DNA from: Entomortierella parvispora E1425
Taxonomy: Eukaryota > Fungi > Mortierellomycota
Assembly (NCBI GenBank): GCA_020891255.1
Contig: BQFW01000008.1
Span: 806,001-870,000, forward strand
Reading direction: 5' to 3'
Length of the DNA stretch: 64,000 bases
The position numbers and the translations under genes were made by a program. Below, piece after piece: positions 48,295-59,739 of this stretch (positions are counted from its first letter, which is position 1; each line of letters opens with the position of its first letter). The notes under the pieces were generated by a model. It did no database searches. It saw only the letters and a list, made by a program, of their open reading frames with translations, and was not told the DNA's origin.

Positions 48295-48467
48295 GATATT
48301 GTGAGGCTGAATAAGAGAGAAAAAAAAATCAAAAAAAAAAGCGCGTCCACAGCATTTGCGATCATAAATATTTCGGTGACTATTTTTTCACGGTTGCATC
48401 AAAGGATCTCCACATGCTTTCATGGGCGAATCATCACTCTCCACCAACCCAGACCACTCCTTCCACC

Positions 48468-50422
48468 ATGCCGCCCAAGAGAGCTTCCAAGAGGACGAGC
48501 AAGGATGCCGACGTGACCGAAGATGTTGTCATGGCTGGAAACACGCCCGAGGTTGCTGTCGAATCTACGCCCGAGGATGCCTCCCCTGTCGGAGAATTGA
48601 AGGCGATCCTTGAACGCTCCGCCAAAAGGACCAGAGAGCTCTTTGCAGAGGATCAAGAGAATATCAGCACAGCACCAGCAGAGGAGCAGGCTAGGTAAGG
48701 CCAAGGGCAATAGACCGACCAAACTCTTTATCTACATTCCCATAGAAGGCGGCAATGGCTCTATTTTAGATACTTACAGATCTGCTGCCACTTTTTTGTC
48801 ATTGTTTCATCTACTAGCCAACGTGTCAAGCTTCAGTCCAAGATCTATGACGAGTACAGACAAGTCCAGGTGCTTCCATACCCACTCTTGAAGCGTCAAA
48901 AGGAGCAGATGGAGAAGAAGAAGGCAAAGGGCGGATCCACAGCAACCCCAGCACCTGAATCAACAGCGGACAGTGGCGTGGAAAAGATCTTGGACGGTAT
49001 GCCCAAGAAGGCTCAGCAACAGCAGCAACAGGCGTTGGTCATGCACAAGCCAACGGTCCACAACCCCTTCCCAGATACACCGGGCGGCGGAAGCTCTTTG
49101 GTTCGCAGACCTGTGCCCAGGGCTGTTCGCCCCGACTGGCATGCTCCTTGGAAGTTGATGAGGGTGATCTCTGGACATCAAGGATGGGTCAGAAGTGTTG
49201 CTGTGGAACCCGGCAATACTTGGTTCGCTACTGGTGCAGGAGATCGTATTATCAAGGTGAGTCCATGAACTGCTGAGGACAGTCTCAATTGTTTGCTGTA
49301 GCTGCAAATTACTAACATATCCTTGTTATTTCGTAGATCTGGGATTTGGCGTCAGGAAAGCTGAAGCTGTCATTGACAGGACATATTGGTCAGGTGCGTG
49401 GCTTGGCTGTCTCGCCTCGCCACCCATACCTGTTCTCTTGTGGAGACGACAAGATGGTCAAGTGCTGGGATCTGGAAACCAACAAGGTCATTCGCCATTA
49501 CCACGGACATCTCAGTGGAGTCTACGCCCTCGACCTCCACCCTACATTGGATGTACTCGTTACTTCGGGTCGTGATGCCACCGCTCGAGTAAGTTGCTTG
49601 AGCCCTCTACCTTTTTTTAGTTCCGGATTTTCCCCTGTCGGTTTTTGCGTTGATGACATGCAACTGACTTGGACTATTTGCATTTTTTAAATCGACCCTT
49701 AGGTTTGGGATATGAGAACAAAGCAGGCAGTTCATACTTTGTCTGGTCATACAGGAACAGTGAGTGCTGTCAAATGTCAGGAAGCCGATCCTCAGGTCTT
49801 GACCTCCTCTATGGATAGCACCGTTCGACTCTGGGATCTCGCTGCAGGAAAGACAATGACGACGTTAACCCACCACAAAAAGAGTGTTCGTGCCATGGCC
49901 CTTCACCCCACAGAGTTCACATTCGCAACCGCCAGTCCTGATAACATCAAGCAGTGGAAGTGTCCCGAGGGACAGTTCATGCGCAATTTCGAGGGTCCTG
50001 GAGGTGTCACTGGAGGTGGAGGCATTGTCAATGCTATGGCTGTCAATGCGGACAATGTCATGTTCACTGGAGGTATGCAAAACGAACGATATATACTATG
50101 TTTTATTGTTACCACGCCATTGAAAAAAGGACCTCTGCTCACACTCCCATACTTTCTTGAACACCTCTTAGCTGACAATGGCGCCATGGGCTTTTGGGAC
50201 TGGAAGTCTGGACATCAGTTCCAGAGACTGGATTCACTTGTGCAGCCTGGATCTTTGGACAGCGAAGCTGGTATCTTTTGTGCTTCGTTTGACAAGACTG
50301 GACTGCGTCTTATTACTGGAGAGGCAGACAAGACGATCAAGATCTGGAAGGAGGATGACGAGGCGACTCCCGAGACACACCCATTGGACTGGAAACCCTC
50401 GTTGATGCGAAAGCGGTACTAA
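48468..50422 (+). CDS. PRP46: Pre-mRNA splicing factor Prp46/PLRG1 (WD40), ~512 aa, 5 exons
   Basis: Exons 48468-48694, 48818-49256, 49337-49588, 49703-50072, 50172-50422. Motifs: [50 protein letters not shown]. Confidence 0.95.
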
Positions 50423-51419
50423 AGAATCAACTCCCTCAATTGTACAATAATACCTTCATTATTTCAAAAAAAAAAAAAAAAAAAAAAAAAATGACAACAC
50501 AGCATTGGCGAGATCTAACTGCCGAAATCGAAATGGCGCACACGAGCTAAGCGTTGTTTGAGAAATGTGTTTTATCCCTCACTGCAGCTGTCCCTTTTTT
50601 TCTATTTTTTTTTTTTTTTTTTTTGGTCTTGACCCTTTGACAAAAGGAATCGGATCGCAGATTATGAATGTGGTTAACATTTTTGAAGGACTGAAGGAAA
50701 AAGAATCGGGCGTTTGTCGAAAAAAATGATGAGATTATGAGAGAGGAGGGGAAGGGGAGGGAAGATAGCCCATCGTCATTGCCATTCTTTTTTTTTTTTT
50801 TTTTTTGTTTCCTGTTGCCGAAGGTGTTTTTTTATTGTTGTTGTTGTTGTTGTTGTTGGGCGATGATGAGAACATTCAAAATGGACAAGTGGGAAACAAG
50901 ATTGTGGTGTGGGATGCATGGAAGGGATGGTCACACAAGCATGGAGAATCGGGCGTCATGTGCACGCTTGTTCGGCAACGAAAAAAAAAAAAAATAGAGC
51001 TGCAAAAAGGAACAAAGGGAAGTAAGGAAATCATGCAACACGTTGGGAGGGAAAGAAGGAAGGGGAATGAGGTGGGCGGTATGATTTGGGGTGGGTGGCA
51101 TTGGCGCGCGCGCGTGTGTGTGCGTGTTGTGTGTGCGTGGCTCTTCTTCTGAGGGGGGGAAGAAGAGAGCAGACAAAGCCAAAGGCAAGGGAAGCCCAAG
51201 GGAAGAGCAGGGAAGGGAATGGAAGGGAATGGCAGGAAGGGGGAAATGGCTTTGCGTGCCGTTCTTTACTTTCCTTCTCTTTTTCTTTTTTTCTTCTTTT
51301 CTTCTTTTCTCTTCTCATTCGCTTTCATCTCTTTTCTTCATTCATCATCCCACCCATTCACCTTCCCAAACACCTCCCTTTTCCCGACTTACCCTCCTTC
51401 CAACTCAAGAACATACACA

Positions 51420-53669
51420 ATGGCTGATACTACCGTAAGCATACTCAAAATCTTTCCTCATCTCTTTCGGCCATGCGATCGCCTGATCGTTTGTTCGACC
51501 CTGGAAAAGACCGTGACAACACTTTGCCAGGCACTCATAAAGGACATGGATCATTGCCTTCTGCGAGGCGAGCTGGAAGGGTCGCAAAGAAACCTCTTGT
51601 CGCGCCAAAAGAACAAGGAACTCGCTTTTTTTTTTTATTATTATTCCCTTTGTCCACACAGCTCGACGCGCTCATTTTTTTCGCGACATCATTAAAAAAA
51701 AATACCAGGACTGAAAAGGCGCAATGGGAAGCTCTTCTGGAACCACATCACCGCGCCCGGACCCAAAGCGACTTTGGACGGGACTTTCTCTTGCCACTTC
51801 AATTGACCAGAATACATTGCAAACAAGTAGGAAAAAAAAAAGATCTCACCAAGTGCTGTTCTAACTTTTTTTTCTCCGTACTTTTTTTTTTTTTGCTCAC
51901 TTGTAGGAACGTGAGACTAATGTATGTTTGGTGGCCCGAAAAAAGTGGATGATAGCTCGATTCAATGCTCTCGACGGGTTAGCGGGAGAAGCGCGGACCG
52001 AGGTGGTTCTCAAACACAAGAAAGGGGAGGGGGGAGAAAGATCTTGAGCGACCATTCAATCAAACCACCCCAACAGCCATTGGAACGGGAAGGAAGGGTT
52101 TGGGGGCGAGGGGGACAAGAAAAAAATATGAAGACAGCTGTGTATTGAGTGGATCGTCTCTCAAGGACAAAGCTCCTGGGGTCGATCGTTGACATCATCC
52201 TCTCTCGCTCTTTGGATTGGCTATGTTGTATTTGTTTGGCATGTTTTGCGCGAATCTACCACCCAAAGAGAGCAAGGGGAAGGCGAGGAGAGGTGGGAAG
52301 GTGAAGGATTAATCGAAGAAATTGCTCCTTGAAACACCAGGGATTCGAAGAATGGGGGTCCATGGTGGATCAAACAGAACACCCGAAAATAACATTGTGT
52401 CCCAAAAATAATAACCCCCTGTTTTCCTTTTCCCTTCCTTCTCAATGCATGGGTCTTCTTGTTCGGCAACGGATTCATAGGTTTACATGGCCAAGGTTGC
52501 TGAGCAATCTGAGCGTTACGATGGTAAGTTTTGGACCTTCTTGTTCATCAGCAGGGTCAAACCATGAATTATGGATATTAACACTATTTTTTTCATTTGG
52601 TCCAAAATAGAAATGGTCGCATACATGAAAGAGATCACCAAGGTAAATAGAATTGGAAGCCCTACCCCCACTTTCTATCTTTCTGCTCCTCCTGCTTCAT
52701 CCATGCATTGCTACTTTACCATGGTGCCATGGTAGACAGAGCGACGCGAAGATGAAAGAGCCGTTTTATTTTTGGAAGGAGTTTCCCTTTCTGCTCTCGT
52801 CGCGAAAGAATCATTTTTTTTTTCTCGGAACCTGAAATTCCAAAAAGGTCGCAGCTTACCATGACTAACACACCTCACTTCTGTTAATTTTCAAATATTG
52901 TTCAGCATCGCCTTGCATTGACCTTGGAGGAGCGTAACCTGTTGTCGGTCGCGTACAAGAACGTGATTGGGGCGCGCCGCGCCTCCTGGCGCATGGTGAA
53001 CACGATCCAGGAAAAGGAACAGCAGCAGGGCAACCAAGACCGTGTCGACAAACTTCAGGCCTACCGCACCAAGATTGAAGACGAATTGACGGCCACCTGC
53101 GCGGATATTCTCCGGGTCTTGGATGAAGACGTCATTCCTTTCGTGGACACGGAAGCTGTGGACGAGTGCAATGTCTTTTACTACAAGATGTAAGGGCGGC
53201 GATTGTCAGTTTTCAAGAGGACGTTGAATGAATTCCTCGTCCCCTCCCCCTTTTCCCTAGAAAACTGAACCGTTCTCTCTTTTTTTTTTTCCTTGCGTCT
53301 CTTAGGAAGGCTGATTACTTCCGCTACATGGCCGAATACTCGTCGGACGAGAAGCGCAACAAGGCCGCGACGGACGCGGAGGAATCATACCAAAAGGCAA
53401 CCGAGTTTGCAGAGAACTTGCCTGCGACGCACCCTATCCGCCTGGGTCTGGCCTTGAACACGTCCGTGTTCTACTATGAGATCATGAACCAACCCAAGAA
53501 GGCTTGCACTATCGCCCAGAACGCCTTCTCGAGCGCGGTCGAGAAACTCGACAGTGTCACGGATTCCACCTACCGTGATTCCACCCTCATCATGCAGCTC
53601 TTGCGCGATAACCTGGCTCTCTGGACCGCCAACGAGGACGGTACCCCCGCTGCGGGTGAAGACGAGTAG
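51420..53669 (+). CDS. 14-3-3 protein (divergent paralogue), 250 aa, 6 exons including two 15-nt micro-exons
   Basis: Exons 51420-51434, 51907-51921, 52481-52523, 52611-52642, 52906-53189, 53306-53669 (753 nt). Motifs: [57 protein letters not shown]. Confidence 0.93.
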
Positions 53670-54079
53670 ACAACTCACAAAAAAGTTCGTTTTTCTTTTT
53701 CTTTTTTGGGCTTGTCACATTTTCTTTTTGCAAAAAACAACAAAACGACATCTCACAGAAAAACTTTCAGGGAAAAAAAGAAAGGGCTTTGCGCCGAGAG
53801 TTTTTTTTTTTTTTTGAAGTTTTGACTAATGGACCTTGCACCGACCCTTGCAACCACATACCATGGGACCATGAGCAAGGGACTCAAATAAAAATAAAAA
53901 AAATCACGCAGAAAAACAATGAACAAGTCAGAGCTGTTTATATTTTTTTTTTTTTGGAAGTAACTGTAAAACACAAGGAAGGGGGTGCAAGAGGTTTAAT
54001 GACAACAGGTGGGAAAGTGAATGAATGCGAGAAAAGGATATTAAAGCGTGTTTTTTTTCTTTTGGTTTTTTACAGGACT

Positions 54080-56740
54080 CTAAGGACTGAGGCGGGCATC
54101 TCTAACAGAATCCTTTCCCTTTCCTTTCCGTCTTTGGAGTCTGTGGGCCTTTGGGACGGTGGTGGCCTCCACGACCTTGGCCCTCAAGGACTTGTAGACC
54201 TGGACTGGTTTTGTAGGGTCCACAGGTGGATCTGTTGTCGTTTGGTCCTGGTACATCAAAAAATAGAATCCGTCCCAATCGCGTCCATCTGGGCCTCTCG
54301 CCTCGTTCTCGTCGTCCTCTTCCTCTTCTTCTTCTTGCAAAGACTCGGAGGAGGAAGACGCCGACTTGGAGTGGGCATTGGAGTTGGATTGAGGAGAGTT
54401 GGATCGGGAATCGTATACAACGCCCCAGTAACCTCGCTTCCAATACCGCTCGTCCACCATGATATCCCGGAGCTCAATCATCTTGTTCAAGAGGACCACG
54501 TCATTCGCCGTCACGTCCATCCACACGACCGACTCCAGGGCTGTGTCAGGCATGTCATGCATCACGTTGAAACACCGGGCCAAAAAGAAGCACACGCCCA
54601 TGTACAAGTCACTCTCACCCTGCGCACCATTATTGTTGTGGGTGTTGTTGGGGTAAGAGCCACTGCTGCCAATGTTTGACTCCACGGCGGATGCTGATGG
54701 GATGGCTGCCGCTGTTGTTGCTGATGATGATGATGATGTCAGTGGCGATACAGTCCTTGTCCTGGAATGGCTGACCCAAGAGCTGGAATCCCGCTCCCTT
54801 CTTAAAGTCGGTCTATCGGTCCGGCCGATCGTGAGGGTCTTGAGGAAGGGTAACAGACGCATGAACAGCTCGTTCAATGCAAACTTTTGCCAGTACGTGA
54901 GCTCGAATCCATGATGCTGATCAGCCGCTGAAGAGGCGTGACCCGAGGACGCAGGAGAGGAGGAAGAAAAGGGGGAGTAACTTGTAGACCAGATAGGGAT
55001 CGCATCCGAGATTGAACGTTGGTGCTGATGACGCGGAAGGTGAGGATTGGAAGGGCGGTCGACAGTATATGTGGGAGGGCTTCGACTCTGTAATGAATAG
55101 ATGCTATCGCCACTCTTGACAGTGTTGCCAGGTCCGTAATAGTCCATCGAGCGACTACCATAGAGTGGGACCTCCACAGGTGTTGCAGGATCCCACACGG
55201 TCGTGACAGTTGTCAGAGCTGCTGGCTCAGTTGTTGGGGTGGTTGGTCCTGAAGGCACACTGATCACGGAGATGGATGTAAGAGTAGAACGGATGCTGTC
55301 TGTGGACGCGGCAGAGGCCTTGGTGATAGCCGCCGTCAACCCCGACTTTGGTATCGTCTCTTTGGTGGCCCTTGAGGTGCCCTCTATTGAGTTCTTGTCC
55401 TCCTCGCCATTGATCTCAATCTCTTTCCGTGCTGATTCAGAGTCGGAGCCATCGGTCCGCGTGGATGCATGCGCTAGTGGGAATGACGCGTGTTGCTTCA
55501 GAGCCGCAGTTGTCGACATGGTCTTCATGCCTGTGTTTATACTACTGCTACTGCTGTTACTGCTTCCTCCAGCATTCTCTGGCTGATCATTTTCGTGTTG
55601 AGTGTGCGACAATGTTTGCTTCTGATCTGGACGAGGGCGCAATAAGTGTGGTTGTTGTTTTTGTTGTTTTTGTTGTTTCTCTTGGTGGTATTGTTGTTGC
55701 TTGTGAAGTTCCGCTTGTTGTTTTTCGTGTCGCAACTGCTGCAGCTGATGATTTTGAGCCAGTAGTTGCTCCTGTGGATGTACGATTTGTTGCCCCTGTA
55801 GAGATTGAGAGTGTTGTTGTTGTTGCTGGTGCATATTTCCTTGCATCAGAAGTTGTCGTCGCTGCGGTACTGTGATAGGGTGATGAACCTGAAAGAGGCT
55901 GTTGGTCGTGCTGGTGAGGTTGATACTGATGCTCTGGTTGACGCCCATGAGATGCGATGTTGATACTGGACTGGTCGACAGGTGTGAAAACAACGGATCG
56001 GTCTTGCTGTTGTAGATCGGGGCCGAGATCTCGGGCGTAAGCGTCATCAGACTAGACTTTTCACTGTATGTGAAATGAATGTGGAGAGGCTTGAAACTTC
56101 TATACTTGGCCATAAAGTCCTTCAGGGACTCAAAGTGCGCCATGGGACAGATGACGGTCCGGGTCCTGAAGAACTGGTTCAAACAGCACAGATTCGGGGT
56201 CGCAGGCACCAAGATCTCTCGCCGAAAACGAGCATTGATCGACGCCAACTGGAGGAGTGACCATGTGTCAAGCTCTCCGAGGATCATGGGGAAGAGATCA
56301 CCATTGGATAGGAGACGCGTCAGGATCGGCCCATCTTTGGGTCCCGTCTGGTTCGAGCTAAAGAGTCGCCCGCTACTGTTGTCGCTTTCATTGCCCAATT
56401 CATCGTCAAAATTGTTGCTACTACCACCGATATCGCTGTCGTAGATAGTGCTGTCGTTGTAGTCGTTGTAGAGACCAAAGTTGGCCAATGAGTTCATCAG
56501 GTCACTGTCAGTGTAGTTGTTGTTGGTGCTATCGTTGTCGCTGTTTCTTCCAGTGCTGGCGCCACCGCTATTGTTCCGGCTCTTGTTGTGGAGGGTACCG
56601 TTGCTGCTGTTGCGTTGACCTATGGTGGTGGCGGCGGTGTTGTTGATAGTAGTAGTTGTGGTGGCAGTGGCCGAAGAGGAGGATGTTGAGGAAGCAGAAA
56701 AGGATCGGTCTAGGTCACTCTGTGCCATTGCCATTGCCAT
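54080..56740 (-). CDS. Intronless 886-aa protein with a probable F-box-like motif and long N/Q/S-rich insertions
   Basis: Uninterrupted ORF from MAMAMAQSDL. F-box-like segment LLSNGDLFPMILGELDTWSLLQLASINARFRREIL (~56213-56324). The F-box call is tentative. Confidence 0.7.
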   Translation of the reverse strand: MAMAMAQSDLDRSFSASSTSSSSATATTTTTINNTAATTIGQRNSSNGTLHNKSRNNSGGASTGRNSDNDSTNNNYTDSDLMNSLANFGLYNDYNDSTIYDSDIGGSSNNFDDELGNESDNSSGRLFSSNQTGPKDGPILTRLLSNGDLFPMILGELDTWSLLQLASINARFRREILVPATPNLCCLNQFFRTRTVICPMAHFESLKDFMAKYRSFKPLHIHFTYSEKSSLMTLTPEISAPIYNSKTDPLFSHLSTSPVSTSHLMGVNQSISINLTSTTNSLFQVHHPITVPQRRQLLMQGNMHQQQQQHSQSLQGQQIVHPQEQLLAQNHQLQQLRHEKQQAELHKQQQYHQEKQQKQQKQQPHLLRPRPDQKQTLSHTQHENDQPENAGGSSNSSSSSINTGMKTMSTTAALKQHASFPLAHASTRTDGSDSESARKEIEINGEEDKNSIEGTSRATKETIPKSGLTAAITKASAASTDSIRSTLTSISVISVPSGPTTPTTEPAALTTVTTVWDPATPVEVPLYGSRSMDYYGPGNTVKSGDSIYSLQSRSPPTYTVDRPSNPHLPRHQHQRSISDAIPIWSTSYSPFSSSSPASSGHASSAADQHHGFELTYWQKFALNELFMRLLPFLKTLTIGRTDRPTLRRERDSSSWVSHSRTRTVSPLTSSSSSATTAAAIPSASAVESNIGSSGSYPNNTHNNNGAQGESDLYMGVCFFLARCFNVMHDMPDTALESVVWMDVTANDVVLLNKMIELRDIMVDERYWKRGYWGVVYDSRSNSPQSNSNAHSKSASSSSESLQEEEEEEDDENEARGPDGRDWDGFYFLMYQDQTTTDPPVDPTKPVQVYKSLRAKVVEATTVPKAHRLQRRKGKGKDSVRDARLSP

Positions 56741-58029
56741 GGTCCTGGTTCTGGTTTGGGGGTGCAAGGACGAGTCTAGTGAAGGATAGGAGTCAACGAG
56801 AGACGAGGAAGGGAGAAAAGAGGACACAAAACAGGAAAATAAAAAAAAAATAAAAAAGAACAAGACGGTGAGTTCAAAGAAGGGGTGAAGAGGGGAGCTC
56901 CAATGACAGCAGTGCCTTAAAACTCGGAAGAATACACAAACAATCGAACGAGAAATGACATATGTACGTGTGAATACCTACAGAAGAGGATAGCGGCAAT
57001 TGAAGCAGAAGGGTAAAGGTGTGTGCGAGAGAGAAGGCGAACAGGGAAGAAAAGAATGAAAAGGCTGAGAGAGAAAGAAAGAAAAAAGTGCTAGTGTGGC
57101 GGTGGAGAGGGTCGCGAGACAGCGAGGGAGGAAAGAGGGAGAAGGGAGAGGGAGAGTGTCACAGGCGGACACAAAAAGAAGACTAAGTCAGGCCAGCGCC
57201 AACGCGAGGGACGGAAAGAGAGTGGGGACTGGATTGAATGGGATCTGTTGTGCCTGTCTGTGTGTACGCGTGTGTGTGGATGGGTGTGGGTAAGCAAAGA
57301 GAAAGAAGGAAGGAAGGAAGGAAGGAAGGAACAGAACGAAAAGAACTGGCGCCTGCAGGTAAGGCAAGGCAAGGCAAGGCAAGGCCAGAAGGAAGAAGGC
57401 CGATTAATGAAACTATAAAGGGCACAAGAGTGAACGAAAGAGAGCGCGCGCGAAAGGGCGAGTTTGCCTGGGGGAAGGTGAGGGGGAGGAGATTGATTGG
57501 ATGGAATGGAACTGAGCTGGACTGGACTGAATGAGGGCAAAGAAAAGAATAATGATGATGCGAAATCAACAATGTCTGAGTAGATGCAGACAGGTGCAAG
57601 GTCTGCGGTGAAGGTGTGAGAGTAGACAGGAACAGGGACCGCGAAGGGAAATCTTGACAGAAGCAAGAGAGACACCAGACAGAAACGATGACGATGATGA
57701 TTTTGTTTGTTTGTTTGCTCAGGCTCTTCCTTTGCTTTGCTTGGCTTGGCTCCTCTCTCTCTCTCTCTGTCTGCTCTGCTCTGCCTTCCATGGTCCTGCT
57801 GCTTTCCGGACAACATTGTCCACCCTGACCTGCTCCTCTCTCTTTGCTGGTCGCACAAGAAAGTTGAGCACAAAGAGAGAACGACGACTGATCACCGCCC
57901 TGCTTCTCCATCCTCCTGCGTGCTCTTTGTCCCTTTGGCTTCATAACGTGGTCATTGTCACTGATGTGTCCGCGCCTCACCGAGGCGTTGCAATCCATGG
58001 GCTCGCGCTTTCCGCCCTCTTGCTCTTGC

Positions 58030-58400
58030 TCTCTGTCTCTCTGTCTCTCTGTCTCTCTGTCTCTCTATCTCTCTATCTCTCTGTCTCGCTGCCTCTCTGT
58101 CTGCTTCTCTGTCTCTCTGCCTCTCTGCCTCTCTGCTTCTCTGTCTCTCTGACTTGATGGCCTTGTTACCCCAGTGTTTTCCCCTCTAGTGGATCATTTG
58201 CATGTGCCTGTCTGTCTGTCTTGTACCTAATCTGTTCATCTAAATGTTTGCCCATGCTTCCTGCCTGCGCGAGTGCCTACGTGCCCGCGTCCTGGCCATC
58301 GTCATATCATATTGTCATTGGATCTCATTCTTTTTTCTTTCTCTCTGTCTCTCTCTCTCTCTCTGTCTGTCTCTCTCTCTCTCTGTCTCTCTCTTCTCTC
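58030..58400. repeat. Compound CT-rich microsatellites, (CTCTCTGT)n-like
   Basis: Near-pure pyrimidine runs at about 58030-58150 and 58325-58405. Confidence 0.85.
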
Positions 58401-58794
58401 TTTTCCGTCCGTCTGTACCCCCCTGCAGGATACCACATTCGATAACCAACATCAACAAGGGAGCGCAGGTGCAGGTGCAGGTGCATCTTGGAGGAATGAA
58501 CGCGAATCTTGAACACAAGAAATCGCACACACAGAGAGCGACGCGTTCATTTTCTCACTGCCTTCCTTCCACCCCTCCCCACTCTCTTTCAACCTGCTTA
58601 CTTTGCTGGACTCGATCCGCCACCCCCTCGCCCCGCCCTACCTGCTCCCTCCCCCCAACCCAATCTATCCAACCATCTTGTACTTCCAAAAGTATCTTTT
58701 CAAACGCAAGCCTATTTTCCCTGGCCCCCCACTTCATCTCCCATGAGAATTGAATTTTATTATATACATTTTTTTGGTTTTGGTTTTTGGTTTA

Positions 58795-59085
58795 CTAGGG
58801 ATCGATAACGCTTGCTCTTGTTTGATCTCTTTCTTCATCTGGAAATTGAATCGCCAGATTTTTTTTTCGCGAATCCTCATGTACTTCCCAGTAGGAGCAG
58901 CAGAAGCATTGGAAAAAAAAAAGAAAAAAGGCCGTAACGGAGTATGATCCCCTTGGTAGGTCATCATCGGAATCGTCATCGGCATCATCCTCCCCATCAT
59001 CATGTTCGTCATATTTCTTCCCCTCCTGCTCCTCAAATGATGAAGAGTCATTCGCTCCCGCATGGTAAAGTTGTGTTTCAATCTT
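58795..59085 (-). other. Possible orphan coding exon (97 codons, acidic tract then a hydrophobic/Cys segment)
   Basis: CAG acceptor, then KIETQLYHAGANDSSSFEEQEGKKYDEHDDGEDDADDDSDDDLPRGSYSVTAFFLFFFQCFCCSYWEVHEDSRKKNLAIQFPDEERDQTRASVIDP*. No secure upstream exon. Confidence 0.3.
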
Positions 59086-59739
59086 CTGGAATCCTCAACT
59101 GTCTTTCTCCTCCCTCTCTCCTTTTCTTTTTTTTTCTCTCTTTTCTTTTCTCTCTCTATTTTTTTCTTCTTGTCGACTTCGATAGAGCAAAAAAAAAAAA
59201 AAAAAAAAAAAAAGCACATACAAAACGGCTCAAAAAAAAAAAACCAACTTCCCGCCCTTGACAAAAGAGACCAACAAAATACCGAGGATACCCCAAAACC
59301 GTTTTGTGTTCCAGTTTTTGGTCATTGACGCCGTTGAGTTGACCCCAAAAAAAACACCACATCGGCCATATATATATAAAAAAAGGAGCCAGGATGTGCT
59401 CGGTCGTCTCCTGGAGTCTCACTCCATGATGACGACAGGAATCATAATACATCATTCAACAAACAAAAAGACTGCAAACCCTCCTTGCATCGGCGCCCCC
59501 CCTCCGATCGGCACTAAACTCGCTCTCGGCTCTCGGCTGCTCCGCGCTAACTGCATCTGCATGTTGTAGATCGCTCGCAAAAACTGATCATCCGACTATG
59601 GAAAAAGGCGTGCAAGGGAAGGAGAGAAAAGAGACGCGTCAAAGTAAACGAAATTAGAAATCCTGGTTGCCCATTCAGAAAATCCTAGGAGGGCGTATTA
59701 TGTTTTATTTGTTCCAAAGTTGAAACGTTTGAAAAATTT

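Noticed and set aside
50073-50171. 33-aa insertion in Prp46 shown by the ORF track
   Set aside because: It is a 99-nt in-frame GTATGC...TTAG intron. Removing it restores the WD repeat (MFTG|ADNG).
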